Part shown: in pieces, positions 40,975-52,901 of the stretch
Layout of the letters: every line of letters starts with the position of its first letter
Position numbering within the stretch: position 1 is the first letter of the stretch
Source: Mytilus californianus
Lineage: Eukaryota
DNA length: 64,000 nt
NCBI RefSeq assembly: GCF_021869535.1
Contig: NW_026262669.1
Coordinates: 9,982,001-10,046,000, forward strand
Reading direction: 5' to 3'
The notes under the pieces: generated by a model
Database searches by the model: none
What the model was told of the DNA's origin: nothing
Seen by the model: only the letters and a program-made list of their open reading frames with translations
Position numbers and translations under genes: made by a program

Positions 40975-41061
40975 TTCATCTCTACATTCCAAATCAGCTC
41001 CCTTTTCAAAGGATAGTTTCAAATCTGTTAAACTTCCTTCACGGGCAGCTTTAATAAGTTT
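40975..41061 (-). CDS. Ankyrin-repeat protein, coding exon (first, degenerate ANK repeat)
   Basis: 87-nt phase 0-0 exon with acceptor ttttcttacag| and donor |gtaagtgagg. Translates KLIKAAREGSLTDLKLSFEKGADLECRDE, which has ANK helix motifs (AAxxG, GAD). Confidence 0.85.
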
Positions 41062-41191
41062 CTGTAAGAAAAGCATAATGTTGATTACAAAATTGAACGG
41101 TTTTTGATCAAATCTACAGTGTACAGGAGTGCACAGTTTATGGATATGTTTACATGTTTTACAGAACAAAACAATTATAATGTATACTCAC

Positions 41192-41233
41192 ATAAGGTAT
41201 CACTAATATTATTAACATATTTGTATAATGAAC
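41192..41233 (-). CDS. Possible upstream exon of the ankyrin gene
   Basis: gctgcag|GTT...TAT|gtgagt, 42 nt, open in phase 0 (VHYTNMLIILVIPY; ATG at 41218). A 130-nt intron would join it in frame to 41061. No homology support. Confidence 0.3.
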
Positions 41234-43377
41234 CTGCAGCAAGCGCATAATTTTAAAAATATCGCCGATTTTATTCAATTTTGATATCTTACACTGTATA
41301 TATGAAATACGAAGCTATAATATATTCTATAATGAATGGTAAGTATTTGAATTTTAATTAATATTTAAAACGTAGCTGCTAAGTTCTGAAAAAAAGGCGT
41401 CCATATTATGATAGTTTCTTTTTCGTGTGACATTGATTAAACATGAGATAGTAAAGCCTTGATAATAACAATACACTCCTGCAGGTTTTTTTTTTCTTTC
41501 TTAAACTACCGAATGAGACGTATTACCGGGTTTGTACTAACATGAGCAACACGGAGGATGCCACATGTGGAGCAGGATCTTCCTACCATTCCGGAGCACC
41601 AGATATCACCCCCAGTTTCTGGTGGGGTTCGTGTTGCTGTCTTTACTTTTCTATTTTGTGTTTTGTGTACTATTGTTTGTCTGTTTGTCTTTTTCTCTTT
41701 AATTAGCAATGACGTTGTCAGTTTATTTTCGACTTATGAGTTTGAATGTCCCTTTTGTATCTTTCGCCTCTCTTTTTCGGGATTAAGAATGATAATAACT
41801 AATAAATTTAATTTTACCAAATAAAAGAATTGAAGGGTGTTCTTCATTTATTTGAAATAAAAAAAAAAAACAAGTGACGAATTTCATTTTTAGAAAGAAT
41901 TACAACAAAGAAGCCCGCCTCCGGGTGCGGTATTTTCTTGCAGTGTTGAAGAATAATTTGTTGCCTTGGATTGTTTCTACTCTTTGGTCGGATTGTTGTC
42001 TCTTTGACACATTCCCGTTTTCATTCTCAATCTTGAGCATTCATCTCTTTATTGAATTTGTCTCTTTGTGAGTATTTGTATTTTCATGCATTCCGCTAAT
42101 GATATGATATAGTAAGGACGTAATTATATCATTGCTTTTCTTCCTGTCTCCACCTGAGAACACCCCAAACATGTATCTTTCTGTGTGATAGTAAACAAAA
42201 TTAAGGCAAATGACAACTGGAAAATTTAAAAGAATCTTACCTCATTCCAACTAGCCATTATGTCCTGCAAATAGAACCCAAATTACTCTTTTCTGTTGGT
42301 TTTCCAACTTTATATATATTATTGCTCTAATAGTTGTGAACAATGTCTCTTAGCGCTACATCATTGACCTTAAGGGGGTACACAACACCTAAGAAAGATA
42401 ACTCTTACTCATGGTCTGTTTCATTGTAACGTTTTAAAATCACATGCAATATGCAAGTACTTAAAAGATCCTGATCAGACTGTTTACCTTGTTGCTCAGA
42501 GCAGATGTACACCTATTGTTATTCATTTAATCTCTAATCCATTTATAGTTACACATTTTCCATCAATAAATCTTCAAAGAGACAAAATAGGAAAATTTCA
42601 AAGTAAAATACATTTACAAAAGAAAACAAAGTGGCAAATGAAGGGAAACAGAAAGGACCGTAACTGTTTTCGTTTTTGGACCCAGGCCTTACATATAATA
42701 TAACAAAGTATAAAGCATAAAAAGTTAAATGCCTGACAATAAGATTAGAACCAAGTAAATAAATATGCTTCTTTTCGAACCAAATTGATTAAAATCGTAA
42801 CAGAATTGACTGCACGATACTTTTTTTTGAAAACAGCAGTTTTAAATGAAATACACTTCATAGTTTGTAAAATTGTAGGTTACGAATAATTTATACATGA
42901 CATGTGTATTTGTGTGTTGAAAAAACGCTGGCATGTTTTTTTTATTAAATTGAAAATTTTAGGACATGTATGATTTATATTCATATAAAAAGTCAGAAGA
43001 TATCAAGGGGATAACAAACCAGTAGTGCACCATTTACAAGTTAAGGAACAAAGACAACAACAAGATAACAAAAAACATCAGATTCAGTCCACGAAACATT
43101 ACAATATATCATTCAACTCTCTGTTTTCGACCTCTATCCTGGCAGGTGTAGAAAATAAACAGGTGTCTTCTTTTCCGTCCGCAATTTTTGGGGAAAGTAA
43201 ATTCTAAATTAAGAACCATGGTTGAAACTGAAACTACACATGTATGATAAAAATAGAACATGTGAGTTTTGCTTTATCAAATTCTTATTTCGAAGGGATA
43301 GCAAAATTTGTTTTTTTTTTGTTGTGCTTTTGGGTATCTTTCCGAATTTGCGAATGCAATTTTGTATATTTTAAAAA

Positions 43378-44012
43378 AAGATGTGGTATGATTGCCAATG
43401 AGACAACTCTCCACAAGACACCAAATGACGCAGCAGCTAACAGCTATAGGCCACCGTACGGCCTTCAACAATGAGCAAAGCCCATACCCCATAGTTAGCT
43501 ATAAAAGGCCCCAAAATCTTAAATGGAAAACAATTCAAATGAGAAAACTAACGGCCCAGTTTATGAACAAAAAATAAACGAACGAAAAACAAACATGAAC
43601 ACGGCAACAAACGACAACCACTGAATTAAAGGTTCCTGACTTGGGACAGGCACATACATACAGAATGTGGCGGGGTTAAACATGTTAGCAGGGTCCCAAC
43701 CCTTTCCCTAACCTAGGACAGTGGTGTAACAGTATAAAATAAGAACGAACTATAAAAATCAGTTGAAAAAGGCCTAGTTCATCAGACTGATACAAATGGA
43801 AATACGTATAATAAAAACATAGAGTGGACATGGCCGGGTACTTGTACATCCAAACAACAAAAAGACACTAAGTACGGATCTGAGCGTACTCACAGTTACT
43901 GACAGCTAGCTCAAAGCCAATAACAACTAATAAAAAAAATCAGGCATCTAAGACTCCATAATCAATCAGTGCACATCCAACATCCAATGGATTTAGTGTA
44001 AAGACGTCATAA
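43378..44012 (-). mobile_element. Interspersed repeat fragment (gattgccaatgagacaactctcc family); related element at ~24700-26360
   Basis: Shared blocks gccaatgag.caactctcca, agctataaaagg.ccc, caaccactgaa..aggttcctgactt and gagtactc.cagttactga. Probably a PLE 3' portion (inference). Confidence 0.55.
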
Positions 44013-44799
44013 ACAAAGTTTTCTTCTCAAGTCTCAGTTCAAGATTATCACTGAATAGAGTATAAGAGGCCAAACAATAATGTGACACTTGTAACTGCAG
44101 TTTGATATTTCATGGAATGAGAGGTGGAATGAGTTGAAAACTCTCGCATTTTGATAGCATTTTAAGACTGATCTGCTTTAAACTAAAAACAAGTTGTATC
44201 TTATTTTTCATAACCTCACCAGAAATATTATTAAATTATATGTTTAACGAACTTAATGCTTATGCATAAGGATCTTGCACGTTCGGTTCTTATTTATCAC
44301 CTAGTTCGGATTTTCAGGAGCCGTGGTTCTTTGCACCAATGGATTCGTCGTTCATTTTTGAATCGTTTATCTTTTCTTTTTAAATCTGTACACCAACAAA
44401 ACTGAAAATCGTGTTCATGTAAAATATCTGGCGATCTTAAGAATTTGCCTATGCATCCTATGTATTTTTGGCGTCTGATGCTGTTATTTTCAACAATTCG
44501 TATCTCCTATTTTTATTTTATTATTTCATGTACTTTTACACGCAGAATCCATATGTGAAATTAAAAAAAACATTATGTAGAGTAGTTAAGTATGTACACT
44601 TCGCCTCAATAGAAACTATACCTTTTTTTTTATTTTTTATGTAACTACATGTCCTTTATGTATTCCGTGTGCGTGGCATTTGTTGATTATCATAATGTGT
44701 GTCTTTATTGGTGTCGATTAGAGCTTGTGTAATATGTATTTGTTAACTAAATATTGACTCTCAATAAAACTTTGAATTCAATTGAATATCAGGCCTAGG

Positions 44800-45135
44800 T
44801 CAAAAGACAAAAGTCATAGCCTTTTCGAGTGTTTCTTACCAAAAATACAGTTATCGTTCTCGAGGTCAAAGTTCAAAGTCACATGAAGGTCAAAACTGTA
44901 AGGGGCACACCACCTCATGATGATACATCCACATGCCAAAGATGTAAGGTATATGTCAAAAGACAAAAGAAGTTATTGCCTGGATGTGTTTCTTGCAAAC
45001 AAATACATTAAGATGACCTTGAAGTCAAATTTGAAGGTCACATGAAGGTCATCAAGATACAAGACACTTGACCTTATGACTATACATCCACATGCCAAAT
45101 ATCTAAGGCCTAGATCAAAAGACAAAAAAAAGTTA
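44800..45135. repeat. Degenerate GACCTTGA/GGTCA-motif tandem core repeat (bivalve HINE-core-like)
   Basis: Two diverged units sharing aaggtcacatgaaggtca and tacatccacatgccaaa..tcaaaagacaaaa. Confidence 0.5.
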
Positions 45136-47233
45136 TGGCAAATAAGTACTATCAGAATGGGACTTGCTCTAATTTATTGAAGGTGGGGGTATATTTTAAC
45201 CTTGAATTGAAAACAATCTGATGGTTAAATTGTTGTAAATTGTTGCGAGAATAACAGAATGATATAGTACTACAAATGGTTAGTTTTCAAAAAAAATATT
45301 TTTTTTAGTTAACATTTTTATCTTAAAATATTTGACTAATTATAGTCATTTTTGATTGCTTCATCTTAGACCCCCATTTTTATTTCAGACTAAAATTTAA
45401 GTTTAGAAACAAAAACTTACAAATAAAGGGTATCAATCAACTCAAAATTGCCTGGTTCATCACTATTAACTATGCTTTTGTCAATTTAGACTTAAGTTAA
45501 AAAAAATAACATGTATACCCCTTTACCAATATTTCTGGAACTTCAAAAATAGACCGAAATTACCATGTGAACCAAGCCATATTTGGGTGGCCATATCTTT
45601 TTTACCAACGGTTCAAATCTTTAAAAAGTTTAACATGATGTCCAGCTAGGCTTTACTTATCAATGAGATGAAAAAAAGAAAAATTCACCGACAGGTTTTT
45701 TTGGGGGTATAGTGTTGGGTACCCCCTTAATGATCCTCCCTCTGTTGTTAATTGCTAATGAAAAAGGGGGGTTTAATCAGCATAATGATCAATTACTAAT
45801 GTTCTGATTTATTTAACAAAGTATTTCTGGAACACATGTATACACATATTTGGTGACACTTAAACAATCAAGGAAAAAAATACGGATTTGTGTCCGCCCT
45901 CTGTTTTGATTTTTATTCGAGTTTCAAAACCGAAAATAGAATTAATCGTACAAGAATGGTTGATAACAATTTTTTATTTCTCGTAAAAATGTAAGTAATT
46001 ATTGCATTTATTATGAATGTCTTTACAATGATATCTAATTATTCAAAGAGTTCAGACACGACAGAAATGTGCAAATTTGTAAGCATAATATAATCGACCA
46101 TTTTTGGTTAAGCAAATGTGATTAATCGTAGGAAGTGTTGACAGACGGACAATGATATACCTACGTCCTGTCGTCGTCAGGTGTACAAAGAGGGGCATTT
46201 ACAGCTCACTATATGATATAGATTTGCTCATTGTTGAAGTCAAAATTTGTCAAAAACATACGACAGAGATACATTTGTTTATTAGTTACCGCTATCTTGA
46301 GTTGTCATATACAGACAAGGACACTCTGGGCCACAGGAATGAAAGCAAACTGTGGGTAATGATGTTAAAAAAAGACAATACAAGATCCTCTTGGTATACA
46401 TCTACATGTCCCAAGTTTTTTAGCAGCTGATATAAAATGTATGATTTGTATTTGTTATAAATATGTAAATGTTAAAATTCAAACATGGAAATTTCAAAAT
46501 GGATATATGAATGTTTTATTATATTTCGTCTTCTTGTTTGTGTCAAGTAATCGTTATTCGTTATTATTTTCGTTGGTTGGATTCCCTTTTTTTTCTGTTT
46601 TGTTGTTGTATAAAATCAGGTACATTCATGGCTTTTCATGATGGAGGAATTATTGAAACTGGCAAAGACTGTGCATTAAGTATGTGATAACTAATCATCT
46701 GTATTTGGGTATTAATATTTCTTGAAAGTAAAACGTGTTTGATTAAAATAGCCTCTTTGTTCAAAAACAATGTTATTTCTTTTTGAGGCCCCCTTCGAGC
46801 ATTCAATTGTTTCAATTTTAGGAGTTTGACTACAGTTTGGTTCAGGTATTGGTTTAAGTAGATTTAAAGCAACCAAGCCCCTTTCTTTTTCCGAATTTTT
46901 AATTTTTATGATTATTGTATGCGATTTATTTCAATTGAATGAGACATTTCATGGTTATTGATATTACATTTGTGTATTTATTACATTACTTTATAGTCCA
47001 AGGATGTAAAGCCAGACATTACAACTATTAAGATCTATGGTCGTTTATACAATTGTCTGAGCTCCTCCTATTCTTTCTTTTTTTTTTTCTTCATATAAAG
47101 AGCAATCAATGGCGGGATTTGTTAGTGCAATAAATAAGAAAAAAAAACATTCAGTTAATGAGCTCCTTTAACAACAAAAATTTACAACACACTACCATCA
47201 AAAGAAAAACACTTCATTCCTGTTTCAAATATA

Positions 47234-48980
47234 CAGATGGGTGCAGTCCTAACCTGTACAGCAAGTTAACTTGATAACCAGTCATTTGGACTGGTCAAAG
47301 TTAACCTGTGACCGGATTTAGGACTGCTCTGACCAGTCCTAGGACCATAATCTAGTTCACTTGAAAAGCGGACTTGGTCCTAGGACTGTTTTTATGTCTG
47401 CCAAAACGTTAACTTGGAAACAGGTCCGCTATTGATATAAGTTAATTTCGAACCAGTCCTGTCATAAGTTAACATAAGTTAACTTCGAAACCAGTCCTGC
47501 CCTAAAATTAACATGAGTTAACTACGAAACCAGTCCTGCCACAAAGTTAACATAAGTTAACTTTTGCTTTGACAAATCCGATCGGAACCAGACCTGTTCC
47601 CAAGTTAACTTTTGACTGGTCTGCTCAACACTTAGTTAACTTGTAACCAGGACCGCTCTACATCGATTTTTTAAAAATATTTTTTAATATCTTTGTTTCG
47701 TAGTATAAATATCGAAAATAAAGTAAAATTAGTACTTCCGTTATTTTATAAACAGGATTAACTATAAATATTTGAAAATAAAGTACACATAAAACGTTGC
47801 TTGTAACACAAATTTATCTGTGATCTGCCAATCTATAGATTAAAAAACGATCTTGGTTGCAATGATAACGGGCACTGAATATATATATTCCAATACCTAT
47901 CAAATTCAACCATATTAGCACTTTATTATGTATATATATGAAAGGACGTATATTAGATGTTAGTTATACGTCCTTGTTAGTTATATGTCCTTGTTAGTTA
48001 AACGTCCTTGATCTATGTAGCCACAATCAGCAATATTTTAATTTCAGGATTGAATTTATTATACAAATTGAAAGCATCATTTACACACATGACTACAAAT
48101 GTTTGTTCGCATACATTTAGGGTGCCAGCATGTCCTCCTTTTATTCAAAATATTGATACGTAACAAAATTTCAGTAGTTTTGATACCTCATGCTGACTTG
48201 TACAACAGAATTGTTTGACCTCATCGACCAAAACAGACCATATGTGCACTTTAATTTGTAAATCTTTATACCCACATATTAAATCAGCCACATTTTTTAT
48301 GTCAGGATTCAATGTGTAATACAATGGACAGCAATATTGCAATAAAATAACAACAAATTTTTATTCGCATAAATTAAGGTTGCCATTATGTCCTCCTTTT
48401 ATTCAAAATATTGATACGTAGTAAAATTTCAGTAGTTTTGAAACCTCATGCTGACTTGTACAACAAAATTATTTGACCGCATCGACCAAAACTGACCATA
48501 TGTGCACTTTAATTTGTAAATCTATATACCGGCATAGTAAATCAGCCATATGTTTTATGTCAGGACTCAATGTATAATACAATGGACAGCAATATTGCAA
48601 TACAATAACAACAAATTTTTGTTCGCATAAATTCAGGGTGCCACCATGTCCACCTTTTATTCAAAATATTGATACATAACAAAATTTCAATAGTTTTGAT
48701 ACTTCATGCTGACTTGTACAACAAAATTATTTGACCGCATCGACCAAAACTGACCATTTGTGCACTTTAATTTGTAAATCTATATACCGGCATAGTAAAT
48801 TAGCCATATTTTTTATGTCCGGATTCAATGTATAATACAATGGACAGCAATATTGCAATACAATAACAACAAGTTTTTGTTCGCATAAATTTAGGGTGCC
48901 AGCATGTCCTCCTTTTATTTAAAATATTGATATGTAACAAAATTTCAGTAGTTTTGATACCTCATGCTGACTTGTACAAT
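47234..48980. mobile_element. Truncated sister TIR element with a reverse-orientation ~258-bp satellite (~3.8 monomers, 48010-48980)
   Basis: TA|CAGATGGGTGCAGTCCTAACC end with a GTTAAC-rich subterminal region, closely matching 60429 onward. No second TIR seen. Confidence 0.85.
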
Positions 48981-49924
48981 AATTCTAGCCTTCGATTCGA
49001 AAATGTGGATTCTTTTACAAGTATAACTCATGACTTGTAAAGAACTATGGCTGAGTCTAATGGTAATGAAAATATATTGATAAATTATGCTATACAACTC
49101 TTAACAGAAAGAAATGTTTGTGTTGTTTTAAGTCAAGAAAATACTAAGACAGAAAACGTTCAGGTGGTCACATCTCCAAAGTAATGTACCCTTTAAAACA
49201 CATTAATGTATTCTTCAAAAAAACAAAATATTTGCCTGTAATACATTGACAATGGCTGACATGGTAATTTAGGTGTTAACTAAGTGAGATATGGTTGCAT
49301 ACAAATATCTAAAAATGCAGATATAGTACAAACATGACTTGCTATGTAAAATTCAAATTCATGGGATGTGAACTGGTTCCCATTTCAAACAGAGAAAACA
49401 TGGTTTATCTATTGGTTTAAATTAGATTTAAATTTTATTTAAATAGTTTCGAGTACTCTTAGATCGGTACTTTGTGATTTTGTCTATTTGTTTAATTTCA
49501 TGAATTGATGCTATACCACCGTCATAGATTTAAGGGAAGTTTTAACGCACAAGTTTAACCTCGCCACATCCTAATTAAGATTGACCCTTCTCGGGAGCTC
49601 TTTGATTAAGTGGTTGTCGTCCGTTGATGTCGGTCATATTTGATTTTTGTTTATCATTTATACATAAATCAGGATGTTTGTTTTCCCATTTGAAATATTT
49701 GATATTTTGTTATGCCGGTATTATTGTTAATCTATGTTGTGAAGACTGTAACGTGACGTATAGTTGTTAACATCCTCATTCTGTTTGTGTATTGTGGTCT
49801 GTTGTCTTATTGCAAATCGTGCAACATCCCCTTATCTTAGTGTGTAATTAAGGTACGTATACTAAACTAAAAGAAATAAATAGAGAAACAAATTATGAAG
49901 AAAATGTTTAAATGTTGATATGGA

Positions 49925-50530
49925 ATTGATATCGTCGACAAATATAAACAGACGAACCAGGAGAAACTAAATTGTCTATATAGATAATTGTAGCAGATAA
50001 ACATTTGGTACATGTGTCGATATCGACTCGATGTCGTCGATATCGTCGATATCGACATGTCAAAACAGACGAAACAGGACAAACTAAATTGTCTATTCAT
50101 ATAACTGTAGGAGATAAACATTTGGAACATAATTTTTCGATGTCGACACGATGTCGTCAATAATGTCGATATCGACATCTAGAATAAACGATCTGGGAGA
50201 AACTAAAATTGTTTATATACATAACTGTGAAACAGATAGACAGTTCGAACATAATGTGTCGATATCGACTCGATATCGTCGATATCGTCTATATCGACAT
50301 CTTAAAACAGACGAACCAGGAGAAACCAAATTGTCTATATAGATTATCGTAGTAGATAGTCATTTGAAACATAGTGTGTCCATATCGACTTGATGTCGTC
50401 GATATCGACATCTTTATTAGACGAACCAGGAGAAACTATAAATTGTCTATATAGAAAAATGTAGCAGATAAACATTTGGATCATTATTTGTCGATATCTA
50501 CTCGATATCGTTAATGTCGTCGATATCGAG
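49925..50530. repeat. ~118-bp tandem repeat (~5 units) with CpG-rich GTCGATATCGAC palindromes
   Basis: acagacgaaccaggagaaac anchors near 49949, 50066, 50186, 50307 and 50419. Confidence 0.85.
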
Positions 50531-51156
50531 ACTACATTGTGTCTTGGACATATTTTTAATCGATTGGATGTGTGTCTTCATTGGAATACATCATTACTAT
50601 TTGTAAAAGTACACTGATTTTATTCAGTAATTTTCTTAATTCCTTATGAAAATGTTAAAGGTTTTGTCAAATTACTACTCTGATCACGAAAAAAATAGAT
50701 CATACTATCTACAGTGCAAGTTTAATTTTACTCAAAACAAACACTCTACTTCACTACAAATCACAGAACAGCACACTGTATTGGATTTAGTAAATGAATC
50801 TGTTATACAAATATATGATAGTCTGTAGAGCTGAACAGGCGAAGATTACCATTTACGTTTTGATATTTTATTCTTTACACATTCATAGCAAGTTGTTTGG
50901 GGGTGGAGGTGAACAAATTTAATGTTAACAAACTTAAGTGTCGAACTTTTAAATAAGCTGTATGCCAGGATACTAGAACACAGTCGTTTCATTTTTCATT
51001 CATTTTCTAAATTTGCTAATTTTTCAACAATATTTTTTTTACAGTTTACACTATTATTACTTACACACACAAAAAAAGCTTCTGAGAAAATCAGATATTT
51101 CTAAAATGCATCCACAAATACTGTTACTGCATTTAATCTGAAAAAAAAACATTTAA

Positions 51157-51704
51157 GGTAGATCATAGGTATATATGTCTTGAGATAGAATTTTCTTATA
51201 CTTTGCCAACATGAAGATTTTACTATGCTTTTTTCAAAAATATAATAAAAAGTATGGGTCACCGTGCTATTTTTCAAGCTATGAGTCGTTGAACATTGCC
51301 TAAATGTGGTTACATTGTTCATGAAAAAACACATGTGTGTGCATAAAAAAAAAATCTACGAGATAGAATTTTGATATAAATTGTTATAAGATAGGTTTTA
51401 TAATATGTTTTAAGAAAATAAAAAGAAAAAATGGTGTCACCGAACTTGTTTTCTTGCTACAAGTAAAAATAAAAAATGTCTTCCTTATAAGTCCAGTATA
51501 TATGTTTTACTTAAAGAGTTATCTCCCCTTAAATGGCTTATTTGAAATAATATATTCTAAAAACACAAAATTTGAGTTATAAAATAAATCACTAAGTTTT
51601 CTTTATATATATAAACAGTCTAACCAATCAATTGCAAATCTGTCTTCAAATTTGCAGATTTGGGCAAAATACAATCCAAGATGGCGGTATACCATGAATC
51701 TACC
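51157..51704. mobile_element. Kolobok-like MITE
   Basis: TTAA|GGTAGATCATAGGTATA ... TATACCATGAATCTACC|TTAC; imperfect TIRs. Confidence 0.65.
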
Positions 51705-52901
51705 TTACACAAATATATATTTTATACTAAATGAATAACCGGCTGTACAGTTTATTTATTTTGAAATATGTCCAAAATATCTGCGGCCTGTTCGCGTCTA
51801 AGTTTGTTGTGATAGTAACCAAATTCATTGCAATAGTGTTTTCAAGTCTCAAAAGACATTGACAGAGCCTACACTTGCTATGATATTGTAATATAAAAAT
51901 GATGATTGATGGAAAAACAAGTACAAGAGCATGATGTCATTTGGAAAACCGTATTAAAGAGATTTAAGTGAAATCTGCATTGGATTTGATTTTCTATGCT
52001 CGTTTTGTAATATTACAAATCCTCACGTTTTTAAATGTTTATATCTATTGGCTTCCTCTTAAATTGACCTTATTACGAAATTTAACATTAAAACTGGATG
52101 TTTCAACGTCAATGTACCATGACAGAGGGGAATGGCCAAATAATATCTAAAGAAGATGTGATTATCACGATATGTGTTTGTGATGTTTGTCATATCGAGA
52201 AATGTCAATTCAACAAGTTCAACACTTACTTCAATCAATGAAGGAAAGCTCCAAATGACAGTGTGACACCATGGTACATAATGGTACGAGGACTTTACGT
52301 TTTATATAAGTACTTATTCACTGAATCATCCGGTGTATCCAATATATTTTTTTCATAAATATATACAGTATATTATCACATCACTTACCTTAATCAATGC
52401 ATGAAATATTCCAATGACAGTGTGGCACAATGGTACAGGGATATTCGACGACTTTTTCAATTGTATCTATAGGGCCAAATTATTTTCACCTGAAACAAGC
52501 TTTTTAATTGAATACAAATCGTCGAACAGAACTCTGTTCCTCTTATATGATTTCTAACTCATAATATTATGTTTGTAAGCATAATTATCGATATTTTACC
52601 TTGCAAAAGTTTTAATATGAAGAGCATATTTAATTTTTTTTTCAAATAGAATGCATGTTCCTTGAATCCTATTTCTTTTTTATTTTGCAATCTGCTGTTC
52701 AAATCTCAAATTGTATTTAAGGATGTACTTAGGTGAAATTAAAAAAAAATATATAGAAATTAAAATTGATACTTTAAGTCGGAAGAGCATTAGTTAAGCA
52801 ACAAACTAAGCTAAAAATATTGATAAGTTATGGACCTCCTTTTCGGGATATTTAAAAAAAAATTAAATGGCGGGAAAAGGCTGACTCGGACTTTTACCTT
52901 A

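Larger units (their letters stand above)
42374..45726. mobile_element. 3.35-kb Kolobok-like non-autonomous element with nested insertions
   Basis: TTAA|GGGGGTACACAACAC ... GTGTTGGGTACCCCC|TTAA (15-bp TIR, 1 mismatch). The GG..CC termini with TTAA fit Kolobok rather than piggyBac. Confidence 0.7.

Noticed and set aside
41333-41410. Plus-strand donor-like ATG|GTAAGT and nearby promoter-like motif suggesting a divergent gene
   Set aside because: A single motif with no supporting downstream exon found.
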